Shown here: positions 24,759 to 49,600 of the stretch, in pieces
How positions within the stretch are numbered: position 1 is the stretch's first letter
How the letters are laid out: each line of letters opens with the position of its first letter
Source: Chrysomallon squamiferum
Taxonomy: Eukaryota; Animalia; Mollusca
Reading direction: 5' to 3'
DNA: 64,000 nt
Assembly (NCBI GenBank): GCA_012295275.1
Contig: CM022679.1
Span: forward strand, 8,556,001-8,620,000
Translations under genes and position numbers: made by a program
Notes under the pieces: model-generated
The model's database searches: none
What the model was told of the DNA's origin: nothing
The model's input: only the letters and a program-made list of their open reading frames with translations

Positions 24759-25980
24759 CATTATTATTAAAAAATGAAATAAAAACAGTGTAATTGTATT
24801 GTCATAGGAAATGAGAAATATTTATTCCCTAAATCCTGGAGGCAGATATACGAGAAAATGTTTAAACATTCTTTTTTCACTTACAGTTTTATATTATTAA
24901 AGTAAACCTACTGCATTTTGAAACCAGCAAACATCAGGAAGATATATCATTGTTTCTTTTTTTAAATTTTATTTTTAACTCTTGGCAGTGTGAATACTTG
25001 AAACAAGTGGTTTGACATACTGTATATTTTTGTCAATGGTGAAAATACTTATTTCACTTCTGATACCATAACCACTTATTTGCAGGATTATTTGTTAATA
25101 AATATGCTATTTTCAAACTGTTTGCTTTGTCAAAGATGTTTTGGGTTGGCTACAACTGAGTAAAATTTATTTAAATCCCAGGTAACCCGAGGGTTAATAG
25201 CATATTGTCATTTAACATTAACTCTATATTTAACACACTTTTCATATTGTTGTCATGCCATCTTATTATCAGGTTACATATGACTAGGTCAAGATCATTT
25301 TCTTATGTGTTCAACATATATTAGCCTTAAGTCAGACAGAACTTCAATCACAAATTGCAAATAATGGCTATAGTATACTTAATAATTTTATTTTACATTT
25401 CATTTTGTTCTTTTTTTATTTTTTTATAAGCTACTAACATTAAAGATTACCTTTTTACAAATTACACCTGAATAATTACTTTTATCTGACCTGTTTTTCA
25501 AACATCTGTGAGTGTTTCTGTTTTTTGTGAATTATAGAATACTTTTGACAGTATTTAAAAAAAAAAAACCCATTTCTTATTTGTCTGTTTTTTCTTTCAT
25601 GAAAACTAGTATGAAAAAAGAAAGATGTAAAAAGAAGGATGTTTAGAAGTTGGCATTTTCTTTTTCATATGTAAAAGTATGTATGTATAAATGTGTGTTT
25701 GTGTGTATCTATTTATATGTATGTAAATACATGTAGTCATACACATACACATGCATGCATGCATTCAAATGTAGTAGTCATCTTTAGATTTCCTGTTCTA
25801 AAATGAAATTATTAACATACATAATTAACATAAACATAAAATTCAGTATTCAGTTTATACTATACAGAACTAATAACATGAGCTCTTTATTTCTATTCTA
25901 TGCTACTGCATCATATATCTTAACATACATAATTAACTTTTTAGTCATTCTTTACTCATCATGTATCTTTTTGTCTTATA

Positions 25981-26155
25981 CTTCAGAATATTCTAAATGG
26001 GTCTGTTCATTCAAAATATTCTAAATTTGTCTGTCTTCAGAACATTCTAAATACGTCTGTGTCTTCAGAATATTCTAAATTGGTCTTTCTTCAGAATATC
26101 CTGAATAGGTCTGTGTCTTCAGAATTACTATAAAAAAGACTGTGTCTTCAAAATA
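25981..26155. repeat. Minisatellite, about 27-28 bp unit, 6-7 degenerate copies (intronic)
   Basis: Repeated CTTCAGAATATTCTAAAT...TCTGT(GT). Confidence 0.85.
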
Positions 26156-27390
26156 CTGACTTTAATTACTTCAGCATTAAATTAATTATATGTTTTGACT
26201 TGCTTCACACAAATCATGTGTGTAAATTCCTGTGCTGTTAATGGTTGCAGATTATTACTGATCTAGCACAGAGGTTGCTTGACGAAGATAACATGTAAGC
26301 TATGAAAGTTCTTATTTTATGTTCTCAGGAGTCCATTCACTTATCAGTTTTTGAACCTGATCAAAGATCATGGCTAATGAAACAATGGACTTGTATACAT
26401 GGTTGCCAAGTACATGCTGCAACTGATACTGATACTAAACATAGCTCGGGTATATCTGTTGTTAAAAAGTAATTCAGATTTTAAGATTTGTTGATTTTCT
26501 GAGATCTGGTGTTCAGGAATTCAGCAGAGTTACAGTGTAAGTTCTGTTTTCAAATTTGAATTTTATATGCAATTTGTCATCAAATGTATTTCCTTAATGG
26601 CTTAAGAAAATAATAATGATAAATGTGAATATGTACATTTTTTTTATATTATTTTTTGTTCACATTTATTTAAAAATCAATAGAAGATGAATGCATTATT
26701 TTTGTTTATTTAAATTACTAAAGTTAAAAGCAGAAACATATTAGATTGTTTTGCTGTTTGTTATGTAATGCATAAATATTACAAACACATTTAAGTAACA
26801 TGCACCATATGACATATCTGATAAATATTCTGAAATATCACAAAACCTTTATTTGAATATATTATATTTTAGATTTCAACATCAAGTAGATGATAATTAA
26901 AAAAAAAAAAAAAAACTTATTTAGAAAGTGCTGTTAAGTCCAGTTTAATCAGACGCACATATTAAACAGTATTTCATTCTATATTTTTTTAAATAATTAC
27001 TTAAATGTACATCTAGTACAATTTATTTTCAAAAATAATTTTATGCTATATAGGTTTTATTTTATTTCATTTTATTATTATTTTTTCATTTGCTCAGTTA
27101 CAAATTTTAAAGACTTTTTCATAACAAATAAAATTGAATTCCTTTATTTTCATACATCGTCACAACTTACAACAAAAGCTTGATTCAGTATGAAAAATAT
27201 TATATAATAAAAGTAGCTAAAATGTATCACATAATAGGCCACAATTATTGAAAACTGAATATTAATTTAACTTCTTTAATCAGTAGACTGTACACAAAAC
27301 AGTTTTTGTGATCAAATATATGATGGCATATTTAATTACCTCACTAACTGTAGTAATCCTAACTGTTTTGATATAATTTTTTTTAATTTG

Positions 27391-27437
<47 letters not shown>

Positions 27438-27605
27438 CAGTAGTATCTTTGAGAAAAAAAAAAAGGTAAAGTAAATGACTATTGCATACAGGTATTTAAA
27501 CAAATAATATTTCACTTGTAGTTAAAAATCTGGCATTTGGACAGTTTTTCAGATGCACTTTAAGTTTAACTTAATTTTTAATGAAGTTATTTCTGTTTTA
27601 TTTAG

Positions 27606-37911
<10,306 letters not shown>

Positions 37912-40900
37912 ACACAGGACTACTTGTGTGCTGTATTGTACAAATGAGACTAATTTTGAATAATAATAACTGAATTTTAAATATTGAAGCGGTACAGTTT
38001 GATGCATTTGGTTTGTGTGGCATGCAGTCTTGTTATAAATGTAGTCCAGAATGATGTCTTACAAAGATGGTTTAAATAGAAAGTAAGTCACTTAACAACA
38101 TGAAAAGAGAATTTTCTTTTTCTAGGTAAAATTTGGAGAAAAGTACACATATTAAGACACTTTTCAAAAGATTTTTTTTTTCTTCAGTTGATATCAAATG
38201 ATGATCAAATATTTGTATATAGGTTGTTTTAATTTTCTCTCCTTTTTTTTTGTTGTTGTCGTTGTTGTTGTTTTTTTTGCAGATAATCAGTGACTGAGTG
38301 CTATTTTTACAATTTATGAATAATTTACTGATATATTTGGAATGGTGCAATTATTTTTATCTAGTGAGGATATGGGTAAAGTGAACTGAGGATATTGAAA
38401 ACAAAATATCTGCAGCAATTTTACAACATGCATTTTTAAAATTACTACAAAAATATTTTCTGACGTCAATGAATATATATTTTGTATGAAGACTGCAAAT
38501 TAATAATGGAATTATGGTGCATTTTTTACGAAAATAAATATGATTATTTAATACATGAAATATTAATCTGAAATCATATAAAGAAATTAAAACAACTGAT
38601 GTTGGATAAATATAAATGGTGAAATGACGCAATTATCATTTTTTATTTATTAGAAAAAAAGATTTTAAAAAAAGAAGAAGATTTCTGAACAATAATGAAA
38701 AGTAAATTATAATATTTGAAGTATTTTACAAAAAAAAAAAAAAAAGATGGGGTTGACATTAAAGAATCATGATAAATTGGATTAGATTTTGTATGTGTCT
38801 TCTATGTTTATTTGTTCATATTATTTATTTGTCTGTTTTATTGAAGGCTGTAGCTGTTACGCTTCTTTGATGTAAAAATGACGAATAACCAAATAAAATA
38901 ATTATTTTTTAACACTGCAGAAAAACTAAATCTACGTATTAGAATGAGAGAGATATAAAAAAAAAAAAAAATTTTAAATAAGGATTTATTTACCAAAATC
39001 ATCAGAAAACAATGATAATTTATATCATTTTGATATTATTTAAAAAAATAAAAAATTAAAGGGATTCCTGGGAACATTTTAAAATTACATAATCAGACAA
39101 AAAAATATATAAATGAGCACTTCAGTTGTGTTTTCAGATCAGACAAAAACGTATCAAAATCTTTTTTTCCCTGTGTTTGAAGATGAACTGTAGATGGTGG
39201 GTTAGTGTAAATCTTTAATAAGCTGTGGTAATATTCCTTGCTCTTTCACAGTTGCATATCAACAAAGGCCAATGACTTGATATTCCAGTTTCTGAAGGGA
39301 AATAATGGGTTTTTTAATTTTATTTTCTGGAACCAGTGTGAAAAACATTCCAAGTAAAGTTTTAACACAGCTTAATTGGTATTTTGAAGGAAACAGTATA
39401 TGTTTAGATACATATGTGCTTTTGTGTTTTTTCAGTTTGTTGTGAATGTATACATTTTCTGTTGCTTCAGTGTTTTAGAATTAGTGTAAGTTAATTTGGG
39501 GGTTTTTTTTCTGGGGGAGGGGTGGTTTGGTTAATAAAACTGCATGACTGTAGTTACAAATAAGAAATATAGTAATTCTGTTGTTGGCTTTATTATTATT
39601 ATTTTGTTTTTTTAAATAACTAATATTATGTATTTGTTTATTATTATTATTATTTTTTTAAACTGCTGTTCGGTAACAAATAAACACAGATTTTTTATTT
39701 ATCCATAATTATAGTTCTGTTTTTTCTTTCTTTTCTTTTCTTTACTAATTCTTTTTTCCCTTTTCTGCTTTATTCTTTCTTTTTAATCTGTATTATTCCT
39801 ATTTCATTAATTGAATTTAATGTTCTTTGTTATTGTTGTTGTAATTTAATACAATTTTTTTTTAGTAACATTTTATTTTCCTAAATAGATTAAATGTGTA
39901 TGTATTAAAACATGGTTTACCATGGTTACATATAAGTTAGGACTAGTCACTAACTTTGAATGAGTAATTTGTGTAAAATCTCAAATTAGTGCTGCATTTG
40001 TTGTATTCTTGCAGATGTGCAATAGTTTATATGTTTCAAAACATCACTGTAATTTTCACAGAATTGTAATTACAGCAGTTAAAATACTGTGTAATTAAAT
40101 AATTCTTATATAACAAAGTCAAATTATATATTTTTCCTTTTAAGAAAATCTGTAATAATTTGTAAATATGTATTAAAAAATATTATGTATTTAGGCTTTT
40201 ATAATTGTGTTTTAGATTCCAGTTGAAGGACAGTTCACGTTTTGAAGGGCATTGTTTTGTTGTTTTTTTGTGTGTGTTATTATTTTTTTTTAATTATTGG
40301 TAGTGTAAACAAATTATGAAATGTTTTCTGTCAGCAGAGTAAGTGCTATTTAAATCTTGAAGCATCTTTTAATGTGAATAAAAAGCTCAACTCATATAAT
40401 ATTTAATCATGCTTTGATGGTTTCTGTTTAAAAAGAATATTATATATTTGCAGTGTAGATATAAATATTAGCAAACACAATAATTTATAAATATTTTAAA
40501 GTAAAATATTTTCTTTCTTTTTTATTTGTAGTTAAAACCAATAATGAATTTTTTTACATTTTTTTTAATTAGTAGTATTTAAAAAAAAAAAAAATCATGA
40601 TTAAAGTATATTATGCTGTGACGTCACTGAAGCATTCCAGTTTTACATGGATTACAGTTTCCTGTTTTTAAAACATTGTCAATCAGTTATTCACATATTT
40701 ATGAAACTTTTTATTATTATTATTATTTTGGGGGGTTTTTGTTCATTTTGTTGTTTCTTTGGAAGTTTTTTTTTTAAATTGAAACAAAAAGTTTTTCTGA
40801 ACATTTTTAAAATATTTAAAATGTTAATCGTAGATATTTCCACATTCCTTTGTACATGGAAGTCATTTAAATATTTTTAAGACTAATAATTAAAGTAATC

Positions 40901-42702
40901 TATTAACATTTTGTGGACTTTTATTTATCTATTTATTTATTTATTTTTAATTTTAGTTTCTTAAAGAAGATCAGGCTTCAAGCTAGGTCTTAATTTTAAT
41001 CTCAGTAGGACAGAGACATGAATTTTTAAAATATATTCAAATATTTATTTAACAATCTGTATTGAAATCCAGGTGAAACAACACAAATAACTTAAAAACT
41101 AATTTTTTTGTATCTAACATAAATATTACTTGATTATATTCCTCTCAGTCTTGGTATGACCTTTTTTTCAAAAGATTTGTTTTGCTTTTTCAAAAAATTT
41201 CCTTTTGTTTCACTGATGGTCAACAAGATTTATTTCACTTTGCTTGTTAGACTAAACCCTTTTGAAAGCATTTTGAAATTATAAAAGCATGTAAATAGGT
41301 GCAAAGAAATATCCACATAATTAAAATAATGAAGTAATGAATTAGATTTACTAACTGTACTTGTAGTTAGAACCAAAAAAGTACTTTACACTGAAAAAAA
41401 CAACAACATTTAATCTTGACCCCATTTTTTCTTTCTTTTTCTTTTTAGTTTTTTTTTCAGATTTATTATTATTGTTAGTATTATTACTATTACTATTGTT
41501 GTTTACTACTATTATTACTATTATTACTTTTTATAACAACAACACAGGATCAAATATAACATTACTCATCCTGTATAATAAACATTTACATTAATATGCA
41601 GAATGCTTGACCACTTTTTTATTTTAAATTTATAATTATGTTTGATGTATTTTATTGCTTTGTTTCAAGGGTGCACTCTTTAAAATTGAAAATGTTGATG
41701 TCTACTTTTTTTATTTATACTTTATTGATTTTGTGTGAGTGTTACATAGTCAAAGTCTAGTTTGTACATTTGAATATATGTTGTATTTGCTGATTATTTT
41801 GGTGTCTCACAATTTCGTAATAATATATATAAATATATACATATTCACATTTATATATATGTTTCTTTAGTTGTTTTTTTTTTTTGTTAATATTATTTGT
41901 CCTGTCTTCATTTTTTTCCTTTTCTTTTCTTCCACTTTTGAAAAGAACAAAACAACAAAATTATTTGCATTGTGTATGATTGTAGAAGTTGCTAATTCAG
42001 TTTGAATATAGTGTTGAACAGTTTGTTTGGTTTTAGAACAATTTACACTATCATCATGAAAACATTAGAGTTTTCACAATTCTACATATCCTTATTTTAA
42101 ACATCACTGTTGATTGATTACAGGATAAAAACAACACACTGTAACAGCAACTGCATGAAACCACATTGTAGCCTCTTGAGCTGTAAATGACTTTAATAAT
42201 ATAAATATTAAATAAAACTTATCATAATTATTTATTAACTTGAAACAATAAAATTGAAATTCAGTCATAAGTTGTGCAGGTATTTGACAAAAGTGAAGAA
42301 TTTATTTAAAGAATTAGTTGCTCCTTTTTTGGACTAATACCTCTTAATTATTATTATTATTATTATTATTATTCATTTTTTTTTTTTTTTTTTTTTTTTT
42401 ATATATATATATATATATTTCTTTTATATTTGTTTTTATTCTATTATTATATATATGTGACATCACAATCAGGATCTATAGAGATAATTTGGGACAGTCT
42501 CAGAAATTTCAGTCAGTCCAGAGTTTCTAAAAATGAAATCAGGAGTAGATTAAATTGTAGGACTGCTATAAGAAAGAAAACAATATCATTGTTTAATGAT
42601 AGCTAGTAGAAAATAGGAATTTTTTCAAAATTTTCTTATGCACATTAAATCAGCTATAAGATCCACTGGATTAAAATTATAAACAAATTACACATTTTCC
42701 AC

Positions 42703-42733
<31 letters not shown>

Positions 42734-45700
42734 TTTGCTATCTTTGTATTTAAACATCCCAGTTCATTTTCATCTGAATTAACCACAGTTCAAATTATAA
42801 TTATATTGATGTATTAAATTTGTACTGTTATTTTTTATACTTGTATTATAACACTTAATTAAATCTACCACTGTCAAAACAAGTTACTGTTACATAAATC
42901 AACAGTTAGGTTACCTTCCAACAAAGCATTTTTCTTCCACATTTTGTTGCATTTAGACAGATTTTTTTTGTGTTTTTTTTCTTGATTTTTGGTTCTGTTT
43001 AATGGATTTTGTTTTCTGTATTTAGATAGTTTTGTTCTGTAAGGTAATTCATCGAAAAAAGCTGATGTTTTGTGGTTCAAGGTAGAAAAATAACATTTGA
43101 AATAAAAGATAACAAAAGCCTCATACTGTATGTAGAGTTTTGTTTTGTTATATGTGTCAAAAGCAAAAACATATCTTGTTACTGTTTTATTTGGTTCGTT
43201 TCCATTTTTCATCATATTTTTACACCCTGTGAATTATCGGCAGAGACAAGAGTACATTTTTTTAAATTTATATATTTATTTTAAATTTTGAAATGTTAAA
43301 TAAAAAGAAAGAAAAATAATGTGAAGTCGCATCTTGAATCCAGGAACATTTGGTTCTCAACAGCTGAGCTGAGGTGGTTTTACAAATTCAGTTTTATCTT
43401 CATTTATTAAATTTTTTTAAATTAACTTAAAAAATGATAAATTTTTAAAAAAAATAATGTTTTAGATGTCAACATTGTCCTTCAATTTATCAAAAAATAT
43501 CTATTCCTACCCTACCATTCAGCTAGATCCACTTTCAGTTAACACTGTTCCACATTCAAATTGATTCCTGGTCATAACATTACTACTATTAATGAGTAAG
43601 AAATGACCACAATTACTAAAGAATACTATCTTTACCATTTGTACAATAAAAGACAATTTGTGTAATGCAATACAATCTGACATCTCCCGACTGCATGTGT
43701 GGAATGCATAATTTATGATACAGGGAACATGTTCATGTTTTGTAGACAGTTTCACATCTGCCTTACTGAGGCCATTTTTGAATCATAAGGCTAATTTTAA
43801 AAAAGGGTTTCCATTAAAATATTTAGTATTAACAGTAAAATAATATTTTATGGTAAACAACATTGTATACAACTTCTTGTTGTTAAACAAAAAAATTATT
43901 AATACATAGGCTATATATCTATACATTTTTCAAGACATTTAGGATGGAATGTTACAGCAGGAATGTTACAAGTTGAGCCAAAGTGAAAATGTTTTACAGA
44001 AACTAAAGAAATCCCAAAAATGGATATAAAAAGATAATTAATCTAGATGGAAATGTGTAAATTAGTTTTAATTAAATTCAGCCTTTTATCAGACATATTG
44101 AAAATAATATAGTTAAAACAGTATTTTCAACCCACGTTAAAAGAAATTTAGGTTTAATATGAAAGAAAATAAAGAAACCATTACAAGACCATTTGAAAAG
44201 CTTTTGAGGTTAAATCATGTTAAAAACTTGAAATACAGTAACATCTTTTCTAATTTCGACTATTGTCAAAAAAATTTAAGTTTCTCTGCATAGAGTGTTG
44301 TACTTCATTTATTTTCTTTACCAGTAACCAATTTCTTTTTTGGCCTCTTCTAATGATAGACCAAAATAATTATATTCTGCTGTGTTGAGAGTAACTCTGG
44401 TGTCCCTGGAAAAATGAAAGTAATTTATTTCTTAAACCATAGTAAACAAACATTTCCTCCAACCAAACAAACTTTTAATGCTGTTCCATATTAGTGTTAG
44501 TTAAGATTTCAGTCTGAGGTTAATTGTAGAATCAGTTGGTAAGCCAAAAAAAATATAGTCAGTTACAAATGACTCAGAATTCTGAGAAAAAAACCAGTAA
44601 AACAAAAAACATCTGCTTTGTATTTTTATATTGACTTTTATTCCCAATATATTATTCACAATACATATTTGTAAGTACCTAAAATTTAACCAAAGTTAAT
44701 AACATATATATAATAATGTTTAAAATGAATATTTGGACACACAAGCTACGAGATGAAAACATTTTAAAAAGTTATTGTATGAAATACTTCAAGACTAGTC
44801 CCAAAGCGTATAAATATAAAAACAAATTATATGAAGACTTGATCAATATGATTATAGACTGATAGCAAAAATGTTAACTCAAGAAATGAGAGGTGTTAAG
44901 AAAATGATTTAAGATAGCTTACTGAGATTAAAAGTAGGTATTTGTCTAAAACAGGATAACACTGTCTCAATAGCTATATGTTCCTGTCTGATCTTTCTTT
45001 ATGTCATATTTTTTAATGTTAGAATGCTGTCATATGGAAACCATTGTGTAATAAATTGACAAATGGCAAAACTGCAATTTTTCAGTCTTTCTAAATAACA
45101 AAAAAGAAAGGTAGTGAAAAAGAAAAAGAAAATAACTTTCTTCAAAACAGATGTGAAAAGAAAATATCACTGCTATTTCATCACTGAAGTATCAAATTTT
45201 CTAAAATTTAATTTTAATTTTTTTATTATTATTTTTGCCCATTTTTTATTTGTAATTTATTCATAAATTGGATCGTTTCCTCTTTGCAGTATAGTATTGT
45301 AAAGAATACAGACACAAACAGCATTTGTTAAACCAAGGCAAAGAAATAATCATTGGCGTTAGTAGTAGTTGTTGTACTAGAACTACCTGTTATCATGGGC
45401 ATACGAGTGAAGAGAGAGATAGGGGAACAGCTGCCCTCACAAATTAATACAGAACAAAAATAGGGCCAAAGCAAGAAGAAAAAAGAGTATTTCCTCATAA
45501 CAGAAATGTGGTCATATTACCCTGGTTGAAGGAGTCATAATAATAGTAGAAGTAGTTATAGTAGTAGAATTTTTATTTTTTTTTAAAAGAAGAAAAAGTG
45601 TATTTGTCTTGCTGTGTATTAAAGAATTAAAAGGCAGAATATTCAGAGCCAGCTCACACCCGCCTTAAGCTAATTTTAAAAAATCACTAATTTCATTGTT

Positions 45701-46696
45701 TAAAAAGTCTTAAGTACACGATTTCAATACAAGCCATTGAGTTATACATTTCATACAAATATATTTCTACAAAAATACTTTTTTGATTGAACACAGGCAG
45801 GATAAGAAAAACCGTTAAAAACCTATAATTAAAATGTAAAATTTGATGAAGCATTTATATCTTTCAACTATTGAGTAAACATGGTTTTATCTAAAAACTA
45901 TTCACAACCAATTTCTCCATCTGTTAATTCTGTCGTTCTCAAAACACATTTCAGTACTCCTGTTCCCAAAGGCAAACATGGTGATTCTTCACAATTAAAA
46001 TCCAGATACATGTAACTCATATTTCTTTTCATTGTTTTTGACCAAATTCAGTATGAAAATATACGTATCTAAAGCATATTACCATATAAAATGATGTTAG
46101 ATTACAGCATATTTTTATTTCACTTTACTTATTAGGCTGAACCCTGCTGAAAGGATTTTGAAATTTGAAAAGTATGTTGGATAACTGCAAAGAAAAATCA
46201 ACATATTAATTAAAATAATAAAGTATCAGGATAAACAATATTCAGGTTGTACAGATGATTAATATTTGGTATGTATAAAATGGAATATTGTGGTTTTGGA
46301 ATTCTTTCTTGCAGGGTGTTTGTGTTAACTTTCATCAAAGAATACATGTATCTGGGATGGTATTTTCAGGTGCCTGAAAGATCTCAGATTTGATATTACT
46401 GGCAGTGTAATACTTAATAATATAAAATATAAAAAGTGTATACTTCAGTTTATACAAAATATTTTGTACAAATAAGATATAATGTATTTTTTTTTTTTAA
46501 TTATCTGTTTCCAGTACCGTCTGGAATCTCGATGATTTTAGTTTTTGATTTTTATTTTTAACTCGTATATTGGTTGTATAAGTTCCTGACACATCCATTC
46601 TGTCCAAGAAAAAATATTTAAAAAACAAATTTCAATCATTAATGTGGATTTTGTTCGTCTAATGTTGTTGTTTTTTCTTTTATTTCTTTCAAACTA

Positions 46697-49600
46697 TCAA
46701 CTGTCACGCAGTTCTTCTTGTAACCATTCAGGACTCGGGGTGTTGAGTTTGTTGAGGAGTTTTGAAAGGGCAATATTATGCTTTCTGTAATGATGTTTGA
46801 GAAAACGTTTTGCAGCTTTACCCATCTGTGGGTAGGTCCGTCCTTTCCCTCTGCCCAGACACTTGTTAACTTTATCATTCATCACCTGGCAGAAGAAACC
46901 CTTCCTCGGATCATACCTTGAAAACAGTACCAGAAATGAATTACTTTAAACATACACACTGAGCATTATATACTCAGCTTTAACAGCGGATAAATATAAA
47001 AAAAACTATCTAATGTTTCCCCATCTCTTACTACTACTATTATGGTATATATAAAAAATAAAATTCAAAAAAGAACAATAAGTAACACATTAAATTCAAT
47101 TCTTTTTTTTTTGACTAAATGAAGACTTCTTTCTATATTTGTTCACTTTAACATAATTATTTGTTTAAATTTAGACTGAAAAACAACAAATTATTCCAAC
47201 TGACTGCTGTTATGTAAAAACAATTCTTTTACATATGTACACACACACACGTAAGTTGATCTTATATAATAGCAATATCACAGGAAAGTATGTTCTTATA
47301 GAATGATTCTGCATCAAAGACCAATAAAAAAGGTCAAATATGTTTTTTCTTATTACCTGAGATACTGGCCATAATCCATGTAAGGTTCGATATGCAAGAA
47401 ACGTTGAAGATGATGCATCACATGAACTGGGTCATTTTTTAGCTGCTCACCATCAATTATAAAGAGCTAAAAATAAAAAATTTAAATAAAAAAAATATAT
47501 AAAAATAAATACAAAGCAACTCTGCTTCCAGAAAAATTTACCATTGTCTGAAGTGCATAGCTTTTTCCATTCTAAGAGTTGAAAAATTTACTAATTTTAA
47601 AAATGAATTATTTAGAAAGTATATAAAAAAAAAATACTGAAATAAGAACAATACTTTCAGCAGGGTTATGAAAAAGTATTATTATTATTATTATTATTAT
47701 TATAATTTTTTATATATATATATTTATATAAAGGTTTCATTTCAGAATTTATAAAAATGATTTTAAGTAAACACACAAGGATTATTTACAGTAAGACAGC
47801 CTGAACAACAGACATTGAAAAAAAAAAAAAAAAAAAAAAAAAAATAAAAAACAGGAAACATTTCTACATTCTTAATATTTATCTGTCACCATAACAAAAA
47901 AAAAAAAAAAAAAAAAATGAAATATTTCTTCACTCATATCTGTTCCCATAAAGCACTATCAATAATAACATGTTTGCAGCAATAAGAGCTGAATTTACCT
48001 GTCTGGAGGGGTAATAGTCTAACCAGCGTAGTAGATGTTGTGCATAAATGCCAGGATTGAGACAGCGTGTCCGAAGGTATCGAACACGACGCGGAGCCAT
48101 TTCTGTAGCAGTGATGATGTCGTAGAAGGTGTAATTCATAGCAGTGGGGTCTTGATGTGAACGCATGTGCTGACAAACAGAAAAGTTCATTTTACTTTAG
48201 AAACTTTTGTTTTGCTTGACAAACTAATAAGAGAAAAGTTCATTTTACTTTAGAAACTTTTGTTTTGTTTTTGTTATAATTCTTCTTAAGGGAATGCAAA
48301 CTAATAATGAGAAAAGTTCATTTTACTTTAAAAACTTTTGTTTTTGTTATAATTCTTCTTAATGGAATACAAACTATTAACAAGAAAAGTTCATTTTATT
48401 TTAAAAACTTTTGTTTTTGTTATAATTCATCTTAACGGAATGCAAACTAATAATGAGATAAGTTCATATTCCTTTAAAAACTGGTAGATTGGTTTTTGTT
48501 ACAGTTGTTCTTAATGGAATACATGCTAATAAATATAATTTGCTCTGATGAAAATCAAAATGTGTAACAAAACATTATGTGCTAATAGAGAGATACATTT
48601 ACATTACTTTAAAAGATGACAGATTTGTTTTAGTTATAGTATTTCATAAAGGAAAACAAGCCAATAAATATAATTTAAAAAACAACACCAGAATAAATTT
48701 GTACTAAACTTACATGCTAATAGATATAAATGTTCATATTACTTTAAATATTTACAGATATAATTTTAATGTAGTTCTTCTTAAAGGAAAACAAGCCAAT
48801 AAATGTATTTGTTGTGACCAAATTCAAAAGCCTAATAGACAGAAATGTTCATATTTCTTTAAATCAGAGAGATTTATTTTTGTTACAGTTCATTCTGAAG
48901 GAAAAGAAACCAATAAATATAATCTGTTCTGATCAAAATAAAAAAAATTATTAGGCTTAATGTATGCTTATGATCAAGTATAAAACATTGCTAAACTAAG
49001 GTATTATTTATGATAATAAACAAAGAAAAGAAAACAGTATGTGTTTTTCAATGGTTATTTAATTTACCTCAAAACAGTCTCTTTATTAAGTCAGCTAACA
49101 GATGTTTTTAGATGTTTTTAGAGATTCACTTTATTTTTATATTATATAAAGAAAATAACAGTATGTTTATGTTAAGTTACATGTGTTTCAATGTCATTTA
49201 ATTTAGCTTCCAACAATTTCTTTATAATCTGAGTATTAAGTAAAGTAATATTTACTAGGAAAAAGTAAGAGTATGTTTATGTTAACATGTATTTCAACAG
49301 TCATTTAATTTAGTTCCCAACCAACTCTTTATAATCTGTGTATAATTAAGTAAGGTATTAATATAAACTATGAAAGATTCACTTTGTTTTAAGATTTACA
49401 TATAATATTAAGACATGTACCTGATACCAGGAGTAAGCTCTTTTAGCAGGACTCAGTAAAATACAGATGATTTTTGCTTTTGGAAGCAAAGCGTGAGCCC
49501 TGGCTGGGACCAACTCGTTGTCAAAATAGTTTGCACTTTTTTCAAATAAATAACTTGAGGTAGTATTTTTAGGTATTGGGAAAAAGTCCATGTACCTGGA

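Noticed and set aside
25981-26155. 27-28 bp repeats as a CRISPR-like array
   Set aside because: The units are head-to-tail with no unique spacers, lie in a eukaryotic intron, and have no cas genes nearby.
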